Part shown: piece by piece, positions 28,452 to 37,520 of the stretch
How the letters are laid out: each line of letters begins with the position of its first letter
Numbering within the stretch: position 1 is the stretch's first letter
Assembly (NCBI GenBank): GCA_963826115.1
Contig: CAWGVS010000005.1
Coordinates: forward strand, 1,216,001-1,280,000
Source of the DNA: an uncultured Candidatus Rokubacteria bacterium
GTDB taxonomy: Bacteria; Methylomirabilota; Methylomirabilia; Rokubacteriales; DASRDR01
DNA length: 64,000 bases
Direction: 5' to 3'
Made by a program: the position numbers and the translations under genes
The notes under the pieces: model-generated
What the model was told of the DNA's origin: nothing
Seen by the model: only the letters and a program-made list of their open reading frames with translations
The model's database searches: none

Positions 28452-29813
28452 ATGACCCCGGACCAGGTTCGATCGAGACTCCGGCAGGACAAGGTCGACT
28501 ACCTTCTCGCCCAGTTCGTGGACATCCACGGCACCCCGCGGTGCAAGGGCGTACCGGCCCGCGCCCTCGATCTGTTCCTCGGGGGCTCGGCGGGGTTCGC
28601 GGGCGCCGCGGTGGCGGGCATGGGCCAGGGCCCGCACGACCACGACATGATCGCGATTCCGGACCTCGACTCCTACACGCCGGTGCCGTGGGAGACCGGC
28701 GTGGCCCGTTTCGCGTGCGACATCACGGTGGACGGCCAGCCCTGGCCGTACTGTCCCCGGACCGCCCTCCGGGGCATGACCGCCCAGCTCCTCAAGGCCG
28801 GATTCGTCATGATGGTCGGCGCCGAGGCCGAGCATTTTCTGGTGCGGCGGCAGGCGGACGGCAGCATCGTCCCCTTCGACCCGGACGGCGTCGACACGCT
28901 CGACAAGCCCTGCTACGACTTCAAGAGCCTGGCCGGCTCGATGGGGTACCTCCGCACGCTCCTGACGTATCTCGACCAGCTCGGCTGGGAGCCGTACGCC
29001 TCCGACCACGAGGACGGCACGGCGCAGTACGAGATCAACTGGAAGTACTCGGACGCCCTGACGACCGCGGACCGCCTCACGTTCTTCAAGATGATGACGA
29101 GCCAGGTCGCCAAAAGCGTCGGCGCGATCGCCACCCACATGCCGAAGCCGTTCGGACACCTCACTGGCTCCGGCACCCACTTCCACATCTCGCTCTGGGA
29201 CCCTGCCAAGCGCCGGAACCTGTTCGTCGACGAGAAGGACCGCCGCGGCCTCGGGCTGTCCCGCCTGGCCTACCAGTTCCTCGGCGGCGTGATGGCGCAC
29301 GCGCCGGCCCTCACCGCCGTCGTCGCTCCCACGGTGAACGACTACAAGCGCCTTTCGGTGGGCGAGTTCCTCACCGGGGTCACCTCCGGCTTCACCTGGA
29401 CCCCCGCGTTCATCAGCTACGGCGACAACAACCGCACCCAGATGTTCCGGGTGCCCGAACCCGGACGGTTCGAATGCCGGCTCGTCTCCGGCTCCGTCAA
29501 TCCGTACCTCGGCATGGCCGCCTTCATCGCGGCCGGCCTCGACGGCGTCCGCCGGAAGCTCGACCCCGGCGAGCCGAACGTGCGGAAGAACATGTACCGA
29601 CTGACCCTCGACGACATGAAGGGCGGGAAGATCGGGGTCATCCCCCAGAGCCTGGCCGAGGCGATCTCGTGCTTCGAGGCGGATCCCGTCGTCCAGAGCG
29701 CCTTCGGCCCCGAGCTCGCCGCCGAGTTCGTGAAGGTGAAGCGTCAGGAGTGGGTCCGGTACCACAACACCGTGAGCCGCTGGGAGCTCGACCGGTACCT
29801 GACGCTGTTCTGA
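28452..29813 (+). CDS. gmaS: GlnT-type glutamine synthetase homolog, probable gamma-glutamylmethylamide synthetase
   Basis: AAGGAG SD; AGFAG, DHED, MPKPF, PTVNDYKRL, YGDNNRT, RFECR; adjacent to glxBCD. Confidence 0.8.
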   Translation: MTPDQVRSRLRQDKVDYLLAQFVDIHGTPRCKGVPARALDLFLGGSAGFAGAAVAGMGQGPHDHDMIAIPDLDSYTPVPWETGVARFACDITVDGQPWPYCPRTALRGMTAQLLKAGFVMMVGAEAEHFLVRRQADGSIVPFDPDGVDTLDKPCYDFKSLAGSMGYLRTLLTYLDQLGWEPYASDHEDGTAQYEINWKYSDALTTADRLTFFKMMTSQVAKSVGAIATHMPKPFGHLTGSGTHFHISLWDPAKRRNLFVDEKDRRGLGLSRLAYQFLGGVMAHAPALTAVVAPTVNDYKRLSVGEFLTGVTSGFTWTPAFISYGDNNRTQMFRVPEPGRFECRLVSGSVNPYLGMAAFIAAGLDGVRRKLDPGEPNVRKNMYRLTLDDMKGGKIGVIPQSLAEAISCFEADPVVQSAFGPELAAEFVKVKRQEWVRYHNTVSRWELDRYLTLF

Positions 29814-29863
29814 GCGCGTCGCCTCACCGGGAGGGCCGCGTCCAGCCGGGAGCCCGGACCACG

Positions 29864-30619
29864 ATGAGCGATCCGTCCGCCGGCGGCCTCCGGGTCCGCT
29901 TTCTGGGATCCGGCGACGCGTTCGGGAGCGGAGGCCGCCTCCAGACCTGCCTCTGCCTCGACGGCCCGAGCGGGCGCGTCCTGATCGACTGCGGCGCGAC
30001 GGCGCTCGTCGCGCTGAAGCGCGCCGGCATCGATCCGGGCTCGGTCGCCGCCGTCCTGGTGACCCACCTCCACGGCGACCACTTCGGCGGGATCCCGTTC
30101 CTCGTGCTGGACGGCCAGTTCAACCGACGGGAGGACCCGCTCACCGTCGCCGGACCGCCGGGCACACATGAGCGCCTGACGGCGGCGATGGAGATCCTGT
30201 TCCCGGGCTCGACCGGGGCGCCGCGCCGGTTCCGCACCGAGGTCGTCGAGCTCGTCCCCGGGGGCCCCAAGACGGTCGGCCCGGTGACGGTGACGGCATT
30301 CCCGGTGGAGCACCCGAGCGGCGCGCCGGCCTACGCGCTCCGCGTGGAGTGGGCGGGCCGCACCGTCGTCTACTCGGGGGACACCGAGTGGTGCGAGGGC
30401 CTGGTGGAAGCCGCCCGCGACGCCGATCTCTTCGTCTGCGAGGCCTACACGTTCGAGCGGCGCATCCCGTACCACCTCGACCACGCGACGCTGGCCCGGA
30501 ACCTCGGTCGCATCCGCGCCCGCCGCGTCATCCTGACCCACCTCGGCCCCGAGATGCTGGCCCGCCGGCGCGAGGCCGCGGCCGAGTGCGCGGACGATGG
30601 GCTCGTGGTGGACGTCTAG
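29864..30619 (+). CDS. MBL-fold metallo-hydrolase (RNase Z-like)
   Basis: FLGSGDAFGSGGR, THLHGDH, YSGDT, LTH. Confidence 0.88.
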   Translation: MSDPSAGGLRVRFLGSGDAFGSGGRLQTCLCLDGPSGRVLIDCGATALVALKRAGIDPGSVAAVLVTHLHGDHFGGIPFLVLDGQFNRREDPLTVAGPPGTHERLTAAMEILFPGSTGAPRRFRTEVVELVPGGPKTVGPVTVTAFPVEHPSGAPAYALRVEWAGRTVVYSGDTEWCEGLVEAARDADLFVCEAYTFERRIPYHLDHATLARNLGRIRARRVILTHLGPEMLARRREAAAECADDGLVVDV

Positions 30620-30632
30620 CGAGCGGGCGCGA

Positions 30633-31391
30633 TCACCTCCGCTCGGTGAACCTCCGGACCCGCTCGGCCGCCTCGTCGCGCGCGAACGCCGCCTCGGTGA
30701 TCTCGCCCTCCAATCGGAGCGCGCGCTCGACCCGGTCGTCGAGGCCCTGGAGGAGCAGCCGCTTCAGCTGACCGACGGAGTAGCGGGACTTGTCCGCGAC
30801 CTTGCCCGCGATCTCCAGGGCCTTCGGGAGCATCGCGTCGCGCGGTACCACCCAGCCGACGAGGCCCAGCGCCTCCAGGTCCCGCGCGGAATGCCGCTCG
30901 CCGAGCACCATGAGCCGCATGGCGCGCTGGTAGCCGACCGCCTGGGGCAAGAGGTGCGTGACGGCGCCGGTCACGAACTGTGCCCACTCCATCTCCGGGA
31001 AGAACGCCACCAGGTCGTCGGCGGCGACCACCAGGTCGCAGTTGCAGAGCCACTCGAAGCCACCGCCGACCGCGTACCCGTGAATGGCGCCCACGACGAC
31101 CTTGTCGGAGAGCATCATCGCCCGGGTGACCGCCTGGATGCCCTCGACGTGGTCCCGGATGGACGCGGCGGTCGCCGACTGCTCGCCGAACTCCTTCAGG
31201 TCGTCGCCGGCGCAGAAGGCCCGCCCCGCGCCGGTGAACACGATGACCGCGACCTCGGGGTCGGCGGCGGCCTGGCGGAACGCGGTCTCGGTGTCGCGGG
31301 TCAGGGCGCGGCTCATGGCGTTCAGCCGCTCCGGGCGATTGAGGGTCACGACGCCGATCGGGCCACGGCGCTCCAGCGTGACGAAGGCCAT
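30633..31391 (-). CDS. enoyl-CoA hydratase/isomerase family protein
   Basis: LNRPERLNA, FCAGDD, GYAVGGGFE, FPE. Confidence 0.9.
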   Translation of the reverse strand: MAFVTLERRGPIGVVTLNRPERLNAMSRALTRDTETAFRQAAADPEVAVIVFTGAGRAFCAGDDLKEFGEQSATAASIRDHVEGIQAVTRAMMLSDKVVVGAIHGYAVGGGFEWLCNCDLVVAADDLVAFFPEMEWAQFVTGAVTHLLPQAVGYQRAMRLMVLGERHSARDLEALGLVGWVVPRDAMLPKALEIAGKVADKSRYSVGQLKRLLLQGLDDRVERALRLEGEITEAAFARDEAAERVRRFTERR

Positions 31392-31394
31392 CGC

Positions 31395-32762
31395 TCACTC
31401 CCTCTCCACCAGCCGGGTCTTCCCCTCGGTGCGGGGCAGCGCCTCGAAGGGCAACATGGTCACCAGGGCGCTGGCGCCGATGGCCGCGCGGAGGCGGCGC
31501 TCCAGCTCGGCGGCGGCCGCCGGCCATCGCTCGGTCGGCACGCCGCGGGCGGCCTCCACCCGGAGCGCGATGCGGTCGTAGGGCCCGGGACCCGAAAGCA
31601 CGATGCGGAACTGGCCGGAGGCGATGTCCTCGGCCTCCGCCACCACGCGGTGCACCGCGGTCGGAAACACGTTGACGCCGCGCACGTTGAACATGTCGTC
31701 GGTACGGCCGGTCACCCGGAAGCGCCACGTCGCGCGCCCGCAGTCGCACGCTCCGGTCGCGGTGACCGTGAGCACGTCGCGCGTCCGGTAGCGGACCAGC
31801 GGCTGACACTCCTTGGCGAGATGGGTGCAGACCAGCTCGCCCGCGGTGCCCTCGCGGATCGGCAGCCGCTCCCCCGACGCGGGGTCCAGGAGCTCGACGA
31901 ACACGCCGTCGCCTGCATGGAGGTGGAGGTCCGTCGTGTGCTCGCACTGCCCCCCGAGGATCGACATCACTTCGGACAGGCCGAAGTTCGCGTTGCGGAC
32001 CCGGAACCCCCAGGTCGCCTCCAGCCGCTCGCGGAAGGCGCGGTTGTCGAGACCGGCCTCGCCGCCGAACAGCCCGAGCTGGAGGCCGAGCGAGCGGGGC
32101 TCGCGTCCCATCTCCTCGCGCAGCACCTTCTCCAGGAGCGCCGGATAGGAGGGCGTGCAGTGGATGCCGGTGATGCCGAGCTCGCCGATCGTCTCCAGGA
32201 GCTTCCGGGTGTTGCCGACGCCGAACGGCACCGCGGTGGCGCCGCTTGCCTCGATGATCATGTGGTCCGTCACGCCCCCGGCCCACAGCTGGTAGTTGAG
32301 GCAGTGCACGATGCGCATGCCCGGGCGGGCGCCGGCGCAGAACAGCGAGCGCCCGCCGAGCCGCGTGACCACCTCGACGTCCTTCTGGGCGAAGGCGACG
32401 TTCAGCGAGCGGCCGGTGGTGCCGGAGGTGCGGTGGAGCCGCACCACGCGCTCGGGCCCGCAGGCGACGTAGTCGCCGTACGGCGGCGCAACCTCCTGGG
32501 AGGCCCGGATCTCCTCCTTGTCGGTGAGCGGGAGCTCCCGCAGAGCGTCGAGCGTCAGCCGCCGGTCCACGGCGCCACCCAGCTTCCGGCGGTAGAAGGC
32601 CGAGCTCGTCCGCACGAAGTCCCACTGGTCCCGCCACAGGCGCTCCTGGAGGGGAGCGAGCGCCTCGGGCGCGGTGGTCTCGATCTCGGGATGGAGGAAC
32701 GGGCCGTTCAGGTGAGCCTCTGGGCGTGTCCGCGCACGCCCCAACGGTAGGTCGGCCCCCAC
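31395..32762 (-). CDS. phenylacetate-CoA ligase (PaaK)-like acyl-CoA ligase; start uncertain
   Basis: LPLTDKE, TSGTTG, FGLSE, LVRYRTRD, GRTDDM..RGVNVFP, terminal GKT. Confidence 0.88.
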   Translation of the reverse strand: MGADLPLGRARTRPEAHLNGPFLHPEIETTAPEALAPLQERLWRDQWDFVRTSSAFYRRKLGGAVDRRLTLDALRELPLTDKEEIRASQEVAPPYGDYVACGPERVVRLHRTSGTTGRSLNVAFAQKDVEVVTRLGGRSLFCAGARPGMRIVHCLNYQLWAGGVTDHMIIEASGATAVPFGVGNTRKLLETIGELGITGIHCTPSYPALLEKVLREEMGREPRSLGLQLGLFGGEAGLDNRAFRERLEATWGFRVRNANFGLSEVMSILGGQCEHTTDLHLHAGDGVFVELLDPASGERLPIREGTAGELVCTHLAKECQPLVRYRTRDVLTVTATGACDCGRATWRFRVTGRTDDMFNVRGVNVFPTAVHRVVAEAEDIASGQFRIVLSGPGPYDRIALRVEAARGVPTERWPAAAAELERRLRAAIGASALVTMLPFEALPRTEGKTRLVERE

Positions 32763-32854
32763 ACCCCGTCAAGGACGGAGCCGCCTCCCCGAGGCCTCGC
32801 CGTTCCGATGCGAGCCGGTCGCCCGCCGCGGATGCGGTAGCCTGGAATCACGCC

Positions 32855-34165
32855 ATGCCCCCATCGCAACCGCAGGTCGTCGTCGTGGGAGGCGGCTTCG
32901 GCGGGCTGTACGCCGCGCGGGCCCTCCGCGGCGTGCCCGTCCGCGTCACGATCGTGGACCGGCGCAACCACCACCTCTTCCAGCCGCTCCTCTACCAGGT
33001 GGCCACCGCCGCGCTGAACCCCGCCGACATCGCCGCGCCGATCCGCAGCGTCTTTCGCGGCCGTTCGAACGTCTCGGTCGTCCTCGCGGAGGCGGTCGCG
33101 ATCGACGCCGCCGCACGGACCGTCCGGCTCGCCGACGGCGAGCTTCGGTACGACTTCCTGGTGCTGGCGACGGGCGCCACCCACGCCTACTTCGGCCACG
33201 ACGAGTGGGCCACGCTCGCGCCGGGCCTGAAGAGCATCGAGGACGCGCTGGAGATCCGGCGCCGCGTGCTTCTCGCCTACGAGATGGCGGAGCGGGAGGA
33301 AGACGCCGAGCGGCGCCGGCAGTGGATGACGTTCGTGATCATCGGCGGCGGGCCCACGGGTGTGGAGCTGGCCGGCGCGCTCGCCGAGATCTCGCGTCAG
33401 GCCCTGTCGCGGGAGTTCCAGCACATCGACCCGAGTCAGGCGCGCATCATCCTGGTCGAGGGTGTCTCGCGCGTCCTTCCCCCGTATCCCGCCGAGCTCT
33501 CCGCCAAGGCGCGACGCCAGCTCGAACGGCTCGGCGTCGACGTGTGGACCGGCGTGCGCGTGACGGGGATCGACGCCGCCGGCGTGACCCTCGGCCAGGA
33601 GCGGATCCTCGCGCGCACGGTCGTCTGGGCGGCGGGCGTGGCGGCCTCGCCGCTCGCCCGGAGCCTCGGGGTCCCGCTCGATCGCGCCGGCCGGGTCCTC
33701 GTCGAGCCCACGCTCGCCGTGCCCGGCCACCCGGAGGTCTTCGTGATCGGCGACCTGGCGTCGCTGTCGCAGGACGGCGCGCCCGTCCCCGGGGTCGCGC
33801 CGGCCGCGATCCAGATGGGCCGGCACGCGGCCCTCAACGTCCGCCTGGCCGTCGCCGGGCAGCCGCCACGGCCGTTCCGCTACCGCGACAAGGGCAGCTT
33901 CGCGACGATCGGGCGCGGCAAGGCGGTGGGCGAGGTCGCCGGCGGCCTCCGGCTATCGGGGTTCCCCGCGTGGGTGGCGTGGCTCGCCATCCACATCTTC
34001 TTCCTGATCGGCTTTCGGAACCGCGTCCTGGTGATCTTCCAGTGGGCCTACTCGTACGTGACCTTCCGCCGCGGCGCCCGCCTGATCACCGGCCCGCCGC
34101 CCCCACCCCTCCGGCGTCCTGACGCCGCCGGCGATCGATCTACGGGATCCGCCCCGGCCGCCTAA
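32855..34165 (+). CDS. ndh: type II NADH dehydrogenase (NDH-2)
   Basis: GGGFGG, HHLFQPLLYQVAT, GGGPTGVELAG, AIQMG, DKGSFATIGR. Confidence 0.92.
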   Translation: MPPSQPQVVVVGGGFGGLYAARALRGVPVRVTIVDRRNHHLFQPLLYQVATAALNPADIAAPIRSVFRGRSNVSVVLAEAVAIDAAARTVRLADGELRYDFLVLATGATHAYFGHDEWATLAPGLKSIEDALEIRRRVLLAYEMAEREEDAERRRQWMTFVIIGGGPTGVELAGALAEISRQALSREFQHIDPSQARIILVEGVSRVLPPYPAELSAKARRQLERLGVDVWTGVRVTGIDAAGVTLGQERILARTVVWAAGVAASPLARSLGVPLDRAGRVLVEPTLAVPGHPEVFVIGDLASLSQDGAPVPGVAPAAIQMGRHAALNVRLAVAGQPPRPFRYRDKGSFATIGRGKAVGEVAGGLRLSGFPAWVAWLAIHIFFLIGFRNRVLVIFQWAYSYVTFRRGARLITGPPPPPLRRPDAAGDRSTGSAPAA

Positions 34166-34183
34166 GGCGATCCGCCCCAGCCG

Positions 34184-34939
34184 TCAGGCGATCCGGATAA
34201 TGCCCGGCTCGACGGTCTCGAACCGCCGGGCGACCTCCGGATCGTGACCGGCCACGATCCGCTCGCGCGAGCCCGCCAGCTGCTGGATGGTCTCGAAGCC
34301 GGCCAGCATCTCGGGCAGGCTCGTGATGATCTGGACGGGCTGGAAGCGCTCCACGTTCCGGTAGAAGTGGGACGCGTCGGAGGTCAGCACGATCCGTCCC
34401 TTCGCCGTCTGGACCGACACGATCTGGAGGCCCGCAGTGTGGCCGCCCAGCCGGTGGACATGGAGGCCCGGGAGGATCTCCTGGTCGCCCTTCAGCAGCC
34501 GGACGCGGTTCGCGTAGTTGAGGCGCACCAGCTCGGCCAGCGCGGCGGGCTGGGCCGACATCCGGTATGCGTCGTAGCGGGCCACGGGGCCGGTCCAGAA
34601 CGCCACCTCCTCCTGCTGGATCCAGAACTCGGCGCCGGGGAAGTGACCATAGCCGGCCCAGTGGTCCCAGTGGAGGTGCGTGATGATGGCCGTCGGGATG
34701 TCCTCCGCCCGGACGCCCAGGCGCGCGACCATCGCGGCCGGGCTCACGTAGCCCCGCACCCCACGGGCGGCCGCGTCCTCCTCCGCGAATCCCGTGTCGA
34801 CGAGGACGGGATGCGGTCCCCCGAGGATCAGCCAGACGAAGAAGTCGAGCGTGATCCGCTCGTGCGACGGCTCGCGGTAGAAGAACTCGCAGGCGGTGGT
34901 GTCCCGCTCGCCGCACTTCAACGCATAGACCTGGTACAT
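34184..34939 (-). CDS. N-acyl homoserine lactonase-like MBL hydrolase
   Basis: VDTG, THLHWDH, GHT, SDA, GHD. Confidence 0.85.
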   Translation of the reverse strand: MYQVYALKCGERDTTACEFFYREPSHERITLDFFVWLILGGPHPVLVDTGFAEEDAAARGVRGYVSPAAMVARLGVRAEDIPTAIITHLHWDHWAGYGHFPGAEFWIQQEEVAFWTGPVARYDAYRMSAQPAALAELVRLNYANRVRLLKGDQEILPGLHVHRLGGHTAGLQIVSVQTAKGRIVLTSDASHFYRNVERFQPVQIITSLPEMLAGFETIQQLAGSRERIVAGHDPEVARRFETVEPGIIRIA

Positions 34940-34987
34940 GCGCCCTCCACCCGAAGGGAGTCGGCCCGCATCGGGCCGCGGCTCAGT

Positions 34988-35506
34988 CTACCGCGTGAGC
35001 CAGTTGAGAAATCGACTCGGGAGGAGCGGTGCGGACGAGGCGGCCCCGTCGGCGCGACCGGCGGCAGCCGCGGGTGCGGCAGAGCGCGATCGGATCACGG
35101 GCGGGATTGGATACACCGCGCGCGTCGAGGCGGCCACGACGTACACGCGCAGATTGTTGGACTCGGGATCGGCGGGGATCAGGAAGAAGCCCGTCGGGTC
35201 CTCCATCGGGCTGTCGGCCGCGCCGACCATCACCTCGCCGTCTCGGAACCGGACCTCGACGTGAGGACCGGACAGTCCTCCCCCGGTGGGGAATTTCTGC
35301 GCATCTTGCCGGGCAGGATTCCCGACGAGATCCCTGACGAAGAACACGGCCTTCAGGTCCGAGACCAGCACCGCGACCGACGGACCGGTTGCCGACGGCT
35401 GCTCGAAAACGTGAAATCGTCGCTGGGACGGTCCGAAGTCGAACGTGTAGCCTTTGACGAGCCGTCCGTCGGCGTAGCGGGCGACCACCTTGCGGTGCCC
35501 TGTCAT
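34988..35506 (-). CDS. conserved hypothetical protein (DUF6982-like)
   Basis: KVVARYADGRLVKGYT..DLKAVFFV..GN..VRFRDGE..GFFLIPAD..NN pattern recalled for this family; GAGG SD. Confidence 0.7.
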   Translation of the reverse strand: MTGHRKVVARYADGRLVKGYTFDFGPSQRRFHVFEQPSATGPSVAVLVSDLKAVFFVRDLVGNPARQDAQKFPTGGGLSGPHVEVRFRDGEVMVGAADSPMEDPTGFFLIPADPESNNLRVYVVAASTRAVYPIPPVIRSRSAAPAAAAGRADGAASSAPLLPSRFLNWLTR

Positions 35507-35584
35507 CGAGTCCCCTCCGGTCTGGACCAGCGTCTGGATGTACCGGGACTATCGCCCGGGCGAACCTCCAGCACCACAGGGAGT

Positions 35585-35600
35585 AGCAACCTCCGTGCCA
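35585..35600 (-). promoter_or_regulatory. sigma54 (-24/-12) promoter TGGCACGGAGGTTGCT
   Basis: matches TGGCACG-N4-TTGCW with exactly 10 nt between GG and GC; points toward the 35506 start. Confidence 0.7.
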
Positions 35601-35656
35601 TGGATCCGCGCATCTTGCCGGTCATGGAACCGCCCGAAATCGATAGACCCCCGCCC

Positions 35657-35686
35657 TTGCGGCCCCCGATCGGCCCCGGTTAGATT
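35657..35686 (+). promoter_or_regulatory. putative promoter TTGCGG-18-TAGATT
   Basis: -10 ends 10 nt before ATG 35697; no SD. Confidence 0.4.
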
Positions 35687-35696
35687 GCTCCCGGCC

Positions 35697-36554
35697 ATGG
35701 ATGCTCGTCCCGCTGGGTCGCGGCGCCGCCGCGCCGGGCTCGCCGCGTGTGTCATGTTGTCCGTGCTGGGAGCCATGGCTGTCCTGGCCCCCTGGATCAG
35801 TCCGCAGGATCCACTCGCCCAGAGCCTGCCGGACCGGTTCCTCTCGCCGACCCTCGCCCACCCCTTCGGCACCGACGAGTTCGGACGGGACATCCTGAGC
35901 CGGGTGATCCACGGCGCGCGCATCTCGCTCCTCACGGGCGCCGTCGCGGTGCTGATCGGCGGCGCCGTCGGCGTGCCGCTCGGCCTCGTGGGCGGGTTCG
36001 CAGGCGGACTCGTCGAGGCCGCGATCATGCGGGTGCTCGACTTCGTCCTGGCGGTGCCGGCGATCCTCCTTGCCATGGTGATCATCGCGATCCTCGGCCC
36101 GGGGTCGTTCAACGCCATGCTGGCGGTCGGCGTGGTCAGCATCCCCTCGTTCGCCCGCCTCACGCGCGCCAGCACCCTCACGCTCAAGGAGCGCGAGTTC
36201 GTCGTCGCGACGCGCGCGCTCGGGGTCGGCCCCGCGTACCTGATGTTTCGCACGATCCTGCTGAACGCGCTCACGCCGATCGTCGTCCAGGCGGCGGTCA
36301 CCGCCGCCGTGGCGATGCTCCTCGAGGCGGCGCTCTCCTTCCTCGGACTCGGGACCCAGCCCCCCGCGCCCTCATGGGGCTCCATGCTGAACACGGGCCG
36401 CTCGTTCCTCCACCAGGCGCCGTGGTACGGCCTCTTCCCGGGCGCGGTCATCACGCTCACGGTCCTCTCGCTGAACGCCCTGTCCGACACGCTTCAGACG
36501 ATCGTCGACCGCGGCGGGGCCGGCCGCGCGGCCGATGCGGAGCGCACCGCCTGA
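35697..36554 (+). CDS. ABC transporter permease (DppC-like)
   Basis: HPFGTDEFGRD, REFVVATRALG, LSFLGLG, PSWGSML. Confidence 0.92.
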   Translation: MDARPAGSRRRRAGLAACVMLSVLGAMAVLAPWISPQDPLAQSLPDRFLSPTLAHPFGTDEFGRDILSRVIHGARISLLTGAVAVLIGGAVGVPLGLVGGFAGGLVEAAIMRVLDFVLAVPAILLAMVIIAILGPGSFNAMLAVGVVSIPSFARLTRASTLTLKEREFVVATRALGVGPAYLMFRTILLNALTPIVVQAAVTAAVAMLLEAALSFLGLGTQPPAPSWGSMLNTGRSFLHQAPWYGLFPGAVITLTVLSLNALSDTLQTIVDRGGAGRAADAERTA

Positions 36555-37498
36555 TGGCTCGCTACGTCCTGTCCCGCCTGGTCCAGCTCCTGCCGGTGCT
36601 GTTCCTGGCGTCGGTGGGCGTGTTCCTCATGATCTACCTGATTCCGGGCGACCCGACGATCGCGCTCCTCGGCGCGGACGTGACGCCCGAGCAACTGGCT
36701 CGAGCCCGGGTGGCCATGGGGCTCGACCGCCCTCTTCCGGTGCAGTACGCGCTGTGGCTCGGCCGGGTTGTCCGGGGCAATCTCGGGGTCTCCTACCTGA
36801 ACGGCCTCCCGGTGACGACCATGCTGGCGCAGCGCATCCCGGTGACGCTGCAGCTGACCTTGGCCTCTCTTGTCGTGGCGCTCGCCATCGCCGCGCCGCT
36901 CGGCATCGTGTCGGCCGTCCGCCCCCGGTCGTGGATCGCCCGCTGGATCACGGGCTACAATGCCCTCGCGATGGCGGTCCCGACCTTCTGGCTCGGCATC
37001 CTCCTGGTCCTCTGCTTCGGGCTCTGGCTCCGCTGGCTCCCAACGTCGGGGTACGTGCCCTTCTGGCAGGAGCCCGGGCGGGCGCTGCGCTTCCTGATCC
37101 TCCCGGCCTTCACCCTGGGAGCGTACGTGTCGGCCGTGCTCGCGCGCTTCACGCGCGCGGCGCTCCTCGAGACGCTCTACCAGGACTACGTCCGAACCGC
37201 CCGGGCGAAGGGGCTGGGCGAGCGGCCGGTCGTCGGCGTGCACGCCCTCCGGAACGCGCTCCTCCCGGTCGTGACCGTCGTCGGCCTCCAGTTCGGGGCC
37301 TTCATGGGCGGCGCGGTCATCACCGAGGCCATCTTCGACTACCCCGGCCTCGGACGGATGCTGCTCCAGGCGATCCTCACGCGCGACTACACCGTCGTGC
37401 AGGGAACAATCCTGTTCGTCGTGGTCGCCTTCGTCGTCATCAACCTGATCACCGACCTGGCCTACGCGCTCCTCGATCCCCGGATCCGCTACTCGTGA
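36554..37498 (+). CDS. ABC transporter permease (DppB-like)
   Basis: PGDP, GLDRPL, DYVRTARAKGL, HALRNA, LDPRIRY. Confidence 0.93.
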   Translation: MARYVLSRLVQLLPVLFLASVGVFLMIYLIPGDPTIALLGADVTPEQLARARVAMGLDRPLPVQYALWLGRVVRGNLGVSYLNGLPVTTMLAQRIPVTLQLTLASLVVALAIAAPLGIVSAVRPRSWIARWITGYNALAMAVPTFWLGILLVLCFGLWLRWLPTSGYVPFWQEPGRALRFLILPAFTLGAYVSAVLARFTRAALLETLYQDYVRTARAKGLGERPVVGVHALRNALLPVVTVVGLQFGAFMGGAVITEAIFDYPGLGRMLLQAILTRDYTVVQGTILFVVVAFVVINLITDLAYALLDPRIRYS

Positions 37499-37520
37499 GC
37501 CTCCACAGGAAGGAGACGCC

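Noticed and set aside
25398-29813. Ordinary GS/GOGAT ammonia assimilation genes
   Set aside because: Split three-subunit architecture and GlnT-type ligase fit the N-methylglutamate cluster better than gltBD/glnA
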